A stretch of 63,025 bases of DNA from Candidatus Omnitrophota bacterium (GCA_023819145.1 JAMWCW010000009.1:1-63025), one strand, 5' to 3'. Shown: positions 46,959-56,027, counted from the first letter of the stretch. Translations and numbers: made by a program. Notes: a model not told the origin generated them from the sequence alone.

Positions 46959-48467
46959 TTACCCTTTGTAAGCAATTTTATTTATCGCATTTACATAAGC
47001 TTTCGCCGAAGCCTCAATTATATCCGTAGCGGCTCCGCGACCAGTAAAAAGTTTTCCTCGGTATCTCAGTTTAATGGTGACTTCACCCAATGCCTCCCTC
47101 CCCTTGGTAACCGACTTTATGGCATAATCCTCCAATTCTCCTTTTATCCCCGTAATTCTCTCCACAGCTTTATAACAGGCATCTACCGGCCCATCTCCCG
47201 AGGCAGCATCTTGAATTATCTTATTCTTATGCTTCAGTCTTACGGTAACCGTAGGTATAGTATCTGTCCCACTTACAATGTGCAAGTATTCTAAACTCCA
47301 AATGGGAGGAATTTGTTTAATTTCATCTTCTATAATCGCTACTATATCTTCATCGAAAACCTCTTTCTTTTTATCCGCTAATTCCTTAAAGCGGGAAAAG
47401 GCACATTCAAGCTCTCTGTCAGATAATCTAAAACCAAGTTTCTTCAATCTTTCACTGAAGGCATGGCGACCGGAATGCTTTCCTAAGACTAATCCACTTA
47501 TCTTTAAACCAATATCCTCCGCCTGCATTATTTCATATGTGCGCGGTTCTTTTAATACTCCATCCTGATGAATTCCTGATTCGTGTCGGAAAGCATTCGC
47601 ACCAACTATTGCCTTGTTGGGTTGGACTACGAATCCTGTCAGACTGGACACAAGTCTACTTGTTTTATAAATTTCCGTTGTGCGAATGTTGGTAGCAAAA
47701 GGAAGAAAATCGTTACGTGTTTTAATTGCCATAACAATTTCTTCCATTGCCGCATTTCCTGCCCGCTCTCCTAAACCATTAATGGTACACTCCACCTGCC
47801 TTGCTCCATTCTTTATCGCCGAAAGAGAATTAGCTACTGCCAACCCCAGGTCATTATGACAATGAACACTAATAACTGTCTTATCTATATTCGGCACGTT
47901 CTCCTTTATTAAACGAATCAATTCCCCAAACTGCTGAGGCATAGCGTAACCCACCGTATCAGGAATATTTACTGTTTTTGCCCCCGCTTTTATCACTGCT
48001 TCGAGAACGCGATACAAAAATTCCTTTTGGGTGCGGGAAGCATCTTCAGGAGAAAATTCAACATCAGAAGTAAAATTTCTCGCATATTTAACCGCTTCTA
48101 TTGCCTGTCTCAAAACCTCCTCTTCTGCTTTACGCAGTTTATACTGCATATGTATTTTAGAAGTCGCCAGAAATACATGAATCCGGGGATGTTTTGCTTT
48201 TTTTAAGGCTTCTTTAGCAGAGTCAATATCCTTCTTTAAAGAACGCGCTAAGGCACAAACAATTGGTTTCTTTAACTCCTTGGCAATTAAAGAGACTGCT
48301 TCAAAATCACCTGGCGAAGCAATAGGAAAGCCTGCTTCAATAATATCGACATTAAGATGTTCCAATTGTCTGGCAATTTCCAGTTTTTGTTTCGTCTCCA
48401 GGCTTGCGCCGGGTGCCTGCTCACCATCGCGCAAGGTTGTGTCAAAAATCAGAATTTTCTCTTTCAT
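46959..48467 (-). CDS. leuA: 2-isopropylmalate synthase (LeuA/CimA family, with C-terminal LeuA-dimer domain)
   Basis: [11 protein letters not shown] and [13 protein letters not shown] motifs. I placed the start at ATG 48467, preceded by AGGAGG 8 nt upstream. The 42-codon upstream extension of the ORF is probably not translated. Confidence 0.85.
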   Translation of the reverse strand: MKEKILIFDTTLRDGEQAPGASLETKQKLEIARQLEHLNVDIIEAGFPIASPGDFEAVSLIAKELKKPIVCALARSLKKDIDSAKEALKKAKHPRIHVFLATSKIHMQYKLRKAEEEVLRQAIEAVKYARNFTSDVEFSPEDASRTQKEFLYRVLEAVIKAGAKTVNIPDTVGYAMPQQFGELIRLIKENVPNIDKTVISVHCHNDLGLAVANSLSAIKNGARQVECTINGLGERAGNAAMEEIVMAIKTRNDFLPFATNIRTTEIYKTSRLVSSLTGFVVQPNKAIVGANAFRHESGIHQDGVLKEPRTYEIMQAEDIGLKISGLVLGKHSGRHAFSERLKKLGFRLSDRELECAFSRFKELADKKKEVFDEDIVAIIEDEIKQIPPIWSLEYLHIVSGTDTIPTVTVRLKHKNKIIQDAASGDGPVDACYKAVERITGIKGELEDYAIKSVTKGREALGEVTIKLRYRGKLFTGRGAATDIIEASAKAYVNAINKIAYKG

Positions 48468-48549
48468 CTGGTTACTTCCTCCTTTAGGCATTATATTAAC
48501 ATAAGGCGGGAGTTTAAGGCAAGTAATTTCTGTAAATTTAAGGAAATAA

Positions 48550-49461
48550 CTATTTAATAGCGCCCCTTCTCTGTAAAGTTTCTCTTTCTCCAATAGGCGA
48601 AACCTCTACCTGCTCTGCTTCGTAGACCATAACAATCTCTAAACCCATTCCCCAGAGAAACTTATCAAATGTTTCCTTTATCCTTAACATCTCAGGTGCT
48701 TCTAGGAGAGAATCTACACGAGGACGAAGAGGGGTATTTAACTGAATCTGGTCTCCTGGTTTAAGCCCTAAACTTTTTACTATCTGGGCTATTCTTTCTA
48801 CGCCCTGTTTATTTTCCTGAGTAAACATAATCTGGATTCCCATTCTGCCGGCATAAACTCTTCTAAATTCCTTTATCCCCTCTATTACCGCCGTAAAACT
48901 CAAATCTGGATGAGGACGGTTCATAATCTGGAAAGACTCTTCATCATAGGCATCTATCTTAGCAATGACAAAATCAATATCTCTTAAATCTTCCTGAACA
49001 TCTCTTTGACCTAATAAAGTGGCATTGGTAAGGATAGCAATGGGTATTGAGGTAATATCCTTTATCCCTTTGACTATTTGTCCTAAATTGCTTGCTAAAG
49101 TGGGCTCACCTGTCCCCGAAAAAGTGAGATAATCAATTTTACCCGAATAGTGTTCCAAGACAAATTTTACTTCCCTGATTACTTCCTCTGTGTCAACAAA
49201 GACACTTCTTCCCCTTACAAAAACTTCGGTAGGTCCTATTTGGCAGTAAAAACAATCAAAACTGCAAGTCTTGTCTTCTTGAGAAATGGGGTCGATTCCC
49301 AAAGAAGCACCTAAACGCCAAGAGGAAACTGGTCCATAAACATATTTAAGATTGTATCTTTCCATGTCCACCTTTTTAGCCCTCCTTGCCAAAGCATTTT
49401 GCTTAAAAGATAATACAATTAAACTAACTATCCCTAATAAAATTATCTTTCTAATCCTCAT
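48550..49461 (-). CDS. Radical SAM protein (CxxxCxxC), first gene-proximal member/neighbour of the ARR island; start ambiguous
   Basis: [19 protein letters not shown]...CSFDCFYCQ with a GTGEPT glycine-rich motif. The long form (ATG 49461) adds [31 protein letters not shown]. An alternative GTG at 49371 lies 9 nt after AAGGAGG, which is formed by the A-R-R codons. Confidence 0.8.
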   Translation of the reverse strand: MRIRKIILLGIVSLIVLSFKQNALARRAKKVDMERYNLKYVYGPVSSWRLGASLGIDPISQEDKTCSFDCFYCQIGPTEVFVRGRSVFVDTEEVIREVKFVLEHYSGKIDYLTFSGTGEPTLASNLGQIVKGIKDITSIPIAILTNATLLGQRDVQEDLRDIDFVIAKIDAYDEESFQIMNRPHPDLSFTAVIEGIKEFRRVYAGRMGIQIMFTQENKQGVERIAQIVKSLGLKPGDQIQLNTPLRPRVDSLLEAPEMLRIKETFDKFLWGMGLEIVMVYEAEQVEVSPIGERETLQRRGAIK

Positions 49462-50191
49462 CTCTTAGCAATTCTAAAAATTGCTCTTCTATCAATCTTA
49501 TGTGTTCCTTATAAGTAAATTCGGGAAACTCTAAAATAACCAAAGCCTCAAGCTCAATCCCTTTATCCTTGAGTATATATATTATACTATTTAATTGAAA
49601 AACAATCTCCCCCAATTCTGGTTTGTAAGTAGGAGATTTTCGGTTAGAAAAAAATGACAAATCTATAACCAGAACCACCTTCCCCAATTCATCTCCTCGG
49701 GGTAATTCAGAAAGTCTCTCTAGAAGATAAAGGGGGTCACTGTAAATACCCCTTGCCTCATTAGCCATGCGCTGTAAATTATTTTTCCAATCAGGATATT
49801 GCTCTACATACTTTGGGAAAACTACATAAATTTTATCTACGAGGCTATTTTCGCAAATATAACTAAGCCAATTGGTGTTGCTAAGTCTTGAAGTTCCATA
49901 ACGATTGTAATCAAGGTAAGGACTGAGTACCACAAGAGTTGGGTTACTGCTTACAAATCCCCAGTGTATCTTTTGTTTAAGCCAAATGGCGATACCTTCA
50001 GGATAATCTATAATCGCAAACTGAAAAGGATATCCTTTGTTACTTACATAGCCCGAATAAGAAAGTCCTCTGTCCAGTACTCGGTATCTTACTAAAGGAT
50101 AATTTACTACGCGTACACGCCGGGCATAACTAAAGGGACAAGAGATAAAAATAATTAATACCGTAAAAATACAGATAAATTTTTTATTCAT
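49451..50191 (-). CDS. ARR-motif protein; UPF0489/arginase-fold-like paralog with degenerate metal motifs
   Basis: N-terminus MNKKFICIFTVLIIFISCPFSYARRVRVVNYPL. It is a paralog of 50261-50998, but SPYLDYNRYG and VIDLSFFSN replace DAHSD and SIDCDWF. Confidence 0.6.
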   Translation of the reverse strand: MNKKFICIFTVLIIFISCPFSYARRVRVVNYPLVRYRVLDRGLSYSGYVSNKGYPFQFAIIDYPEGIAIWLKQKIHWGFVSSNPTLVVLSPYLDYNRYGTSRLSNTNWLSYICENSLVDKIYVVFPKYVEQYPDWKNNLQRMANEARGIYSDPLYLLERLSELPRGDELGKVVLVIDLSFFSNRKSPTYKPELGEIVFQLNSIIYILKDKGIELEALVILEFPEFTYKEHIRLIEEQFLELLRDED

Positions 50192-50260
50192 TGTCGATAA
50201 TACCTAAATATTTTAATCTTTTTTAGCAATAGATTCTTAGCGGTATTCATCCTGAGTATA

Positions 50261-50998
50261 TTACCTATATCCCCAGAACGCTTTAAGTAGCGTGTCTCTA
50301 ATGAATACTTCCTTATCCATGGTGGTATATCCGGGGGAAAGAGCAATGTTTAAAGCGGCGATGCGGATATTTTTTTCCCGTAAAACTTTAACTATCTCTT
50401 CTACTTTGCCTACAATTTCCTCACCCGATGCGGTATGAAAAGGGTCGTAACAGGAAAACCAATCGCAGTCAATGGAAAGCACTATGGTCTCACCATAAGG
50501 TAAATCATTTAAACTATCAATATCAGATAAATCAGGAAATACTGTTTTTTCCTTAGATAAAAATGCAAATTCCCGAAATATTTCTCTTTCTTTTATTGCC
50601 CAATTCGGGAACAACAAACGCGCCCGACTGCAGAGTCCCTCACCAAGCACAAAACGCACCCAGTTTGCACTCTGGGGCGTATCTCGATGTCCCCAATAGT
50701 CGCTATGGGCATCAAGATACACCAGAGTTAATCCTTTGGGTAGACTCCCTTTTTCTATCATACTTTTTAACCAAAGATATGCTGAAACATGATGTAAGGA
50801 AAAACTTACCGGGAAAGAGAAACTGTATTGTGAATCTATCTGAATACTTTTTATCTCAGTACCTACCACCTCAACAATCTCCAAAGGATACCTAACCTCC
50901 TTTATTCTGCGCGCATAGACAGAAGGGTTAAATATTAAAAGATTCGCTAACAAACAAAATATCCCCCATTTTATTGGCTGGGCGTAGCTTATCTCCAT
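50261..50998 (-). CDS. ARR-motif protein; UPF0489/arginase-fold-like putative metallohydrolase
   Basis: N-terminus ...LLANLLIFNPSVYARRIKEVRYPL. It carries SLHHVSAYLW, LVYLDAHSDYWG (DAHxD) and VLSIDCDWFSCYDP (SxDxD...DP-like). Confidence 0.55.
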   Translation of the reverse strand: MEISYAQPIKWGIFCLLANLLIFNPSVYARRIKEVRYPLEIVEVVGTEIKSIQIDSQYSFSFPVSFSLHHVSAYLWLKSMIEKGSLPKGLTLVYLDAHSDYWGHRDTPQSANWVRFVLGEGLCSRARLLFPNWAIKEREIFREFAFLSKEKTVFPDLSDIDSLNDLPYGETIVLSIDCDWFSCYDPFHTASGEEIVGKVEEIVKVLREKNIRIAALNIALSPGYTTMDKEVFIRDTLLKAFWGYR

Positions 50999-51049
50999 CG
51001 CTTCACTTTCCTTGATAATGTTCTATTACTTTTTTATAATGTTCAAAAC

Positions 51050-51727
51050 TTAAATAAATCCCCTTCTAGCATCGTAGTAATAACCCATCTTTTCCACAAA
51101 AGGAAGTACGTCTTTATCCTCAGATATAAGATACCGTTCTTTAAAACTTTCCCAGGTGAATCTTTCTCTCTCAATCCAGATTGGTGGTTGGTAATAAAAC
51201 CGCCGGGCAATATTTATAAAACTATCTCTTACTATTTCTACTGTTGTCTGGGTATTAACCTTGACCTTAAGTCTAAAATAAACACCCTCTATTTCTGCTA
51301 TGCCCTCATTTACCATGCGACGAAGTTCTCTCCCATTCTCCTCTGAGAGTGAGTTTAATTCACCTTCAATATAAGCAAAGCCGTATTGTATATCGTTTCT
51401 ATCTGCCGAAGACCTTATGGTTAAAATATTCTTATCATAGAGAGTCTCTACTGCTTCGCGTAGAGGAAGCTCTATAAGACGAGGAATGTCTTCCTTTTTA
51501 TTCCTTATTCTTTCTATAAACCACCCTTGTGGCTCTATTTCTACAAGCAAGCGAACCGAATGTTCTGTCATTGCCTTTCCTTTAACTCTCCGCGCGGAGG
51601 CGGCAGGCGGAGCATAAAATAAAACCGTGGTACTGATTATCAGACAAACAAATACCATCTTCTTTATCCTATCCTCATATTTTAATAACTGGATTATATT
51701 CATCTCCCTCTTATCCGCCGTAGTCAC
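51050..51727 (-). CDS. ARR-motif protein, unknown function
   Basis: ...MVFVCLIISTTVLFYAPPAASARRVKGK.... The ORF starts at a GTG at 51727; alternative ATGs lie at 51703 and 51658. No family recognised. Confidence 0.6.
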   Translation of the reverse strand: MTTADKREMNIIQLLKYEDRIKKMVFVCLIISTTVLFYAPPAASARRVKGKAMTEHSVRLLVEIEPQGWFIERIRNKKEDIPRLIELPLREAVETLYDKNILTIRSSADRNDIQYGFAYIEGELNSLSEENGRELRRMVNEGIAEIEGVYFRLKVKVNTQTTVEIVRDSFINIARRFYYQPPIWIERERFTWESFKERYLISEDKDVLPFVEKMGYYYDARRGFI

Positions 51728-51755
51728 GATATCCTTAAACGCATATTAAACTCCC

Positions 51756-52499
51756 TTATTTTATTTCTGCATAATATTCCTTAATTAACCGTTCTGTTTC
51801 TTTTAAATCTCCTCCCGCTCTATTAAGAAAGATATTAATCTGGGAAAACGCATCCCAAGAAAATCGCTCCCCGCGCTCTGTCATTATCTGGGTAACCTTT
51901 GTAATCACAAATACAAAGTTATTTCTTAGGTAAGGATACTTTATCCAGTTCTCTGCAATTACCTCCTCCTTAAACCGCCTTAAGAAATCATAGGCATCGG
52001 GCTGAACATCTTTTTCTTTGGGGTCAATGCGGGTTATTTCAATCAACATCCCCAGTAAAGTTTCAAATCCCTGCTTAATGTCTTTAAGCTCCGTAGGTAA
52101 GTCGCATATATCTTTCAGAACCGAATTTAAACAATAGGAACTGGCTCTTAATCGATGCATACTTTCAATTAGAGCAAATACTAAATCTGCTTTTTCTCTG
52201 TCTTTTAAGGTAGAGAGGCATTTCAAAAATTCTATTAAGGTATAACGGTCATTTTTACTCAGCTTCCTTATCCTCTCCAGATAATAATAAAAATCTTCCT
52301 TGTTAGATATTGCTTCTAAATTTTTAACTAAGGGCATTAATTCAGAAACCTTTAAGTTAAATTCAGAGGCTAAATCACGAACGATGTTGTCAGTATTTCT
52401 CTCGGAAACAAAAAGTAGTCTGCGCGCCTCAACAGATGTTGAGAAAAGTAGTAAACCCAGCAGAATAGTTAATAATATTCTTAATCTAAAACCTTTCAT
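51756..52499 (-). CDS. ARR-motif protein, predicted all-helical, unknown function
   Basis: N-terminus MKGFRLRILLTILLGLLLFSTSVEARRLLFVSERN. There is no SD before the ATG. A 20-bp palindrome lies 12 nt upstream. Confidence 0.65.
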   Translation of the reverse strand: MKGFRLRILLTILLGLLLFSTSVEARRLLFVSERNTDNIVRDLASEFNLKVSELMPLVKNLEAISNKEDFYYYLERIRKLSKNDRYTLIEFLKCLSTLKDREKADLVFALIESMHRLRASSYCLNSVLKDICDLPTELKDIKQGFETLLGMLIEITRIDPKEKDVQPDAYDFLRRFKEEVIAENWIKYPYLRNNFVFVITKVTQIMTERGERFSWDAFSQINIFLNRAGGDLKETERLIKEYYAEIK

Positions 52500-52510
52500 C
52501 TTATCTAAGT

Positions 52511-52530
52511 TATTGATATTAATATCAATA
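52511..52530. promoter_or_regulatory. Perfect 20-bp palindrome (operator-like) immediately upstream of gene 51756-52499
   Basis: TATTGATATT|AATATCAATA is a perfect inverted repeat centred 21 nt upstream of the ATG at 52499. Confidence 0.4.
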
Positions 52531-52549
52531 AAGTGCTAAATAAAATATA

Positions 52550-52619
52550 ACACCTCTTTGGGGTGTCGTCAAGATAGGAGCAGATATAAAAAACCCTCAC
52601 TTTTTTTGGGGGGTGGTTT
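52550..52619 (-). terminator. Two weak hairpins with flanking T/A tracts downstream of gene 52636-53343
   Basis: The first is ACACC-tctttgg-GGTGT (52550-52566), followed on the minus strand by TATATTTTATTT. The second is AAAAAACCCTCAC-T7-GGGGGGTGGTTTTT (52588-52621); it folds better as plus-strand RNA, so it is ambiguous. Confidence 0.3.
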
Positions 52620-52635
52620 TTATTGAGGAGATTCT

Positions 52636-53343
52636 TTATTCCGCACCGATGAACACGAGATCACTCAAGACAGCGGGAATATCATCCCGGAAGCGGGAAG
52701 GATCCCACGGTCCGTTGTTAAAAGAAATCGTGATATAGGAAAGTTTATCTTGAGAAAACTTCCTTAATTTATCCAAATCTACTACTACCAACCTTGGACT
52801 ATCTTCTTCTTTTAAAGGATTGGGTAATCTACCCATTAATACTCGCTTAGTAAAGTAAACTGGCGAAACCAGTTGCGACTTACCTTGTGCTTTAATATCT
52901 TGACTGAAGGTAAATTCTAAATCAAGATTAACCCTATCACTATTGGGATAAACATAAAAAGCAAAGTATTTTGCTTGGGCAAGTTCTGGAAAATTATTCA
53001 GGTCTAATCTAAATCCGATGACTGCCCCGGCAATTGCCCTTTTCTGATCTACAGGTGTAATTATGCCTCTATTCGTATCAATGTGCAGAGTACCTGTCTG
53101 ATGAGAATAACTGTTCTCAAAAAAAATCTCCCACATTTTGTAAGCAGGATTTACTCCTGCGGGAACAAATGCTTGAGAAATTACCCTTAATCCCTTCGGT
53201 AACAAAGATTCAATTCCACCTTTAGGAATGGGCAACAGATATTTCTCCTTATCACCCAGAAAAGGGTTAGTCGCTTTTGTAGCCTCGCTACTTTGGATAA
53301 GCGGAAGCACACTGGTGAAAATCCTCATCCCAATAACCTGCAT
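52636..53343 (-). CDS. Hypothetical beta-rich protein; N-terminal targeting region apparently lost/out of frame
   Basis: 235-aa ORF with no signal-like N-terminus. Upstream (53421-53350), a different frame encodes (T)LKKAVVTLVLLVVCLVIQVYQFTVYA right after an AGGAGG, with ACG where the start codon would be expected. Confidence 0.55.
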   Translation of the reverse strand: MQVIGMRIFTSVLPLIQSSEATKATNPFLGDKEKYLLPIPKGGIESLLPKGLRVISQAFVPAGVNPAYKMWEIFFENSYSHQTGTLHIDTNRGIITPVDQKRAIAGAVIGFRLDLNNFPELAQAKYFAFYVYPNSDRVNLDLEFTFSQDIKAQGKSQLVSPVYFTKRVLMGRLPNPLKEEDSPRLVVVDLDKLRKFSQDKLSYITISFNNGPWDPSRFRDDIPAVLSDLVFIGAE

Positions 53344-53471
53344 AGACTGTAAACTGATAAACCTGGATAACCAAACACACTACTAACAACACCAGCGTAA
53401 CAACCGCCTTCTTTAACGTCTCAACCTCCTTTCTAACTTAGACCGATATAATTATTAATAATGCCTTACTT

Positions 53472-53499
53472 TTAATATTAAGTGGTAGTTATTTGTAAA
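53472..53499 (-). promoter_or_regulatory. Candidate promoter upstream of gene 52636-53343
   Basis: The minus strand reads TTTACA (53499-53494), a 16-nt spacer, then TATTAA (53477-53472). It lies about 45 nt upstream of the AGGAGG at about 53425-53430. Confidence 0.3.
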
Positions 53500-53609
53500 G
53501 AGTTTATACTTTCAGGCGGAGCATTAATTTATGCGGTTATGGTTATTTAAGATATTTACCACCAAAGTTATCTCGTAACATATTCGTCAAGAGCGGGAAT
53601 AAATAAATT

Positions 53610-54089
53610 CTACGGCACATGTTTACTCCACCATAATCTGAACCAAGCAGGAGGAATCCCCATTTGCGCTCCCCCACTAAGCAACCGCGCAAGAACTTCT
53701 TCTTCTAAGATCAGATAATCCAAATTCGCATCCTCTACTGGGAATTCTTCATCATTGTTCTTTAGAATACTTGCCTCTTTACCCAAAAACTCTCTGAAGG
53801 TAATCTCTCCCTTAAGCCAACCTTTGAGCCGGGCAATAAAACCCAATCTATCGCTTACAGGTATGCGGACATAAACTATACTAAACGGACTAATATCGCT
53901 GAACCCCGGAGGAAGTATATGCGTAATAAATACAGGTATAATAACAACCGACTGAGATAATCCATCGTAACTTACCTTAGCATCCTTTATCCTTCTACAA
54001 ATTACACTCTGCTCTGATATTATAATCTTAAATGTCAAACCTAAAACCAACGCTAACATAGCCAATCCCAAAAAAATTTTTGTTTTCAT
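53610..54089 (-). CDS. ARR-variant (C-R-R-I-K) protein, unknown function
   Basis: N-terminus MKTKIFLGLAMLALVLGLTFKIIISEQSVICRRIKDAKV. 159 aa with a Trp-rich C-terminus (PPAWFRLWWSKHVP). Confidence 0.6.
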   Translation of the reverse strand: MKTKIFLGLAMLALVLGLTFKIIISEQSVICRRIKDAKVSYDGLSQSVVIIPVFITHILPPGFSDISPFSIVYVRIPVSDRLGFIARLKGWLKGEITFREFLGKEASILKNNDEEFPVEDANLDYLILEEEVLARLLSGGAQMGIPPAWFRLWWSKHVP

Positions 54090-54133
54090 ACCTACCTCCT
54101 TTTAAGAAATGGACTGTTAACTTAGCTAATGCA

Positions 54134-55114
54134 TCACAAATAAATAATATACCGCCTTAGATAACTCGCGTTTTCAAAATCCTCTTGTGCTTCTTTAAAT
54201 CTTCCTAATTTGGCTTTGGCAAGCCCGCGGTTATAGAAGGCATTATAGTCATAGGGATTTAATGCTATTGCCTCATCAAAATTCTTTATGGCAGATTCAT
54301 ATAAACCTAATTCCGCCATTAAAGCCCCTAAATTATAAAAAGCCTCCTCATGCCCGGGGTCAAGGATAAGTGCCTTTTCATAATCGTTAATGGCCTCAGT
54401 GTATTCTCCTCTTTCCGCTTTATCAAAACCACTGCTTACATATCTAGCAGCCAATATCCCTTGAGGATAAAGAATATAAATAAATTTATAGTCTCTTGAC
54501 AATCCAACTTTACCTGATACTTTTTGGAAAATTTTATGGAAGATACTTCGCTCTTTCAAAAGCCATATACCACTTTGAGGCTCATAATTATCTCTCCAGA
54601 CAAAAACAGGGCTCTGGTAATTACGCATCAAATCTAAAATTAGACAAGATGCGGAGTCTAATCTTATTAGGGTGGCAATGTGCGCAGGATAAACAGAAAT
54701 TACCTCTACCTCTAAACCTATCTCTCTCCCCAAAACATAAAAAAGTTGACTATAGCCTAAACAATTGGCTTCTCTTGCCTTAAACAGTGTTATTAAATCA
54801 AAGATTCTTGCTTCTTCGTCAGGAATAATTTTTTCTTTTATCATCAAGACCAGTCGCACAATCTTCTCTTCAACGGGTAATGTTTTTAGTTCTTCCAAAT
54901 CAGGAAAAACCTCTTTTATCAAACTAACAATTTCTGCTCTCTCCTCTTCGTAGCCGATAGCGAAAAGCGTCTTTTGTAAGGAAGTTACCGATTCTATATT
55001 TTTTAGCCGTCTTGCCTCAATAGACCTCATAAAAAAAATAAGCGTTGCCATACAGAAAACAATATCTGAAATGATATTTCTCTTAAATCTTAGTCCCATA
55101 TGAATCCTTCCCAT
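54134..55114 (-). CDS. ARR-motif SirB1-like transglutaminase-core + TPR protein (paralog 1)
   Basis: ...FCMATLIFFMRSIEARRLKNIES.... The C/H/D candidates are REANCLGYSQLFYVLG, PAHIATLI and LILDL. It has about 3 C-terminal TPRs. An alternative start at ATG 55099 has a better SD. Confidence 0.7.
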   Translation of the reverse strand: MGRIHMGLRFKRNIISDIVFCMATLIFFMRSIEARRLKNIESVTSLQKTLFAIGYEEERAEIVSLIKEVFPDLEELKTLPVEEKIVRLVLMIKEKIIPDEEARIFDLITLFKAREANCLGYSQLFYVLGREIGLEVEVISVYPAHIATLIRLDSASCLILDLMRNYQSPVFVWRDNYEPQSGIWLLKERSIFHKIFQKVSGKVGLSRDYKFIYILYPQGILAARYVSSGFDKAERGEYTEAINDYEKALILDPGHEEAFYNLGALMAELGLYESAIKNFDEAIALNPYDYNAFYNRGLAKAKLGRFKEAQEDFENASYLRRYIIYL

Positions 55115-55128
55115 CTCCCAATATAAGT

Positions 55129-55998
55129 TTAGGGAGAAGAATTTCCCGCTGTCTGCTGATTAAGATGGTAATAAGTACTCAGGGCAATAAATTTCTCTAA
55201 TGCCTGACTTAATTCCTCCTCACTATACGCTTTAAAATGAGGCATTCCTGTCTCTTTATCCAATCTTAAAATACCCACAGTCTCTATGGGAACTAAAAGT
55301 GGTTTAAAAACATAATTTTCTCCTTCTCTAACCCAATATCCACCCATCTCCTCTATCGCCGCTTTGTATGCGGATAGTTGCATTACATACTCTGCGAAAA
55401 AATCTTTAGCGGTTTTAAAATCTACTAACCACAACGTGCCATCAACTGTTGCTAACATGTCAAAAGTCCCAGCATAACCATGTTCTAAAGAAACCACTAC
55501 GCCCTCTAAAGCCACCGGCTCCAAGTGGTTTGTCTCTAGCCATTTTAAAAATGCGCTAAAGGCAGTTCCTGCTTCTTGCGGAGGAGAAAAAGAAGAAGGT
55601 TGGCCATTCCTTAAATATTTTTCTATTGCTGAATGAACTTTAGTCCCCGTATCTGCAGCTTCATCTCGAGCATTCATTGCCAATCGTAAATACTGATAAC
55701 TCTTCGTAGGGTCGGGAACTATCTTATTTTTTGCCAAATACTCCACCACCAACCGTATGCCCCAGTTTAATAAGCCAGGTTTATTTAAAATCCCCAGAAT
55801 GGTTGTAACCGAAGGAGTTTTCACTCCATTAACCGTATAAATGTGCTTTGTGGGATTAAAGGTTATGTTTATAGCATCTGCTTTTGCGGTTCGCATCCGC
55901 CGTAATTGATAGTCTATAAAACCATAATCTATCTTAAAAACCATAAAACAAAAAATAGGCACCAAATACACTACTTCTAACAATCTATTCCTCTTCAT
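55129..55998 (-). CDS. PD-(D/E)XK (RecB/Cas4-like) nuclease with N-terminal hydrophobic helix and L-R-R-M-R variant motif
   Basis: N-terminus MKRNRLLEVVYLVPIFCFMVFKIDYGFIDYQLRRMRTAKA. It also has HIYTVNGVKTPSVTTILG, GTFDMLATVDGTLWLVDFKT (D...D-x-K) and QLSAYKAAIEE (QxxxY). Confidence 0.65.
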   Translation of the reverse strand: MKRNRLLEVVYLVPIFCFMVFKIDYGFIDYQLRRMRTAKADAINITFNPTKHIYTVNGVKTPSVTTILGILNKPGLLNWGIRLVVEYLAKNKIVPDPTKSYQYLRLAMNARDEAADTGTKVHSAIEKYLRNGQPSSFSPPQEAGTAFSAFLKWLETNHLEPVALEGVVVSLEHGYAGTFDMLATVDGTLWLVDFKTAKDFFAEYVMQLSAYKAAIEEMGGYWVREGENYVFKPLLVPIETVGILRLDKETGMPHFKAYSEEELSQALEKFIALSTYYHLNQQTAGNSSP

Positions 55999-56027
55999 AT
56001 TAACCTCCTCTCTTTAATTCTAAAAAA

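Noticed and set aside
53610-54089. Cys in SVIC|RRIK as a lipoprotein lipobox
   Set aside because: The -3 to -1 residues (S/V-I) do not fit L-[AS]-[GA]-C, and the Cys sits about 10 residues beyond the hydrophobic core. It is more simply an A-to-C variant of the ARR motif.
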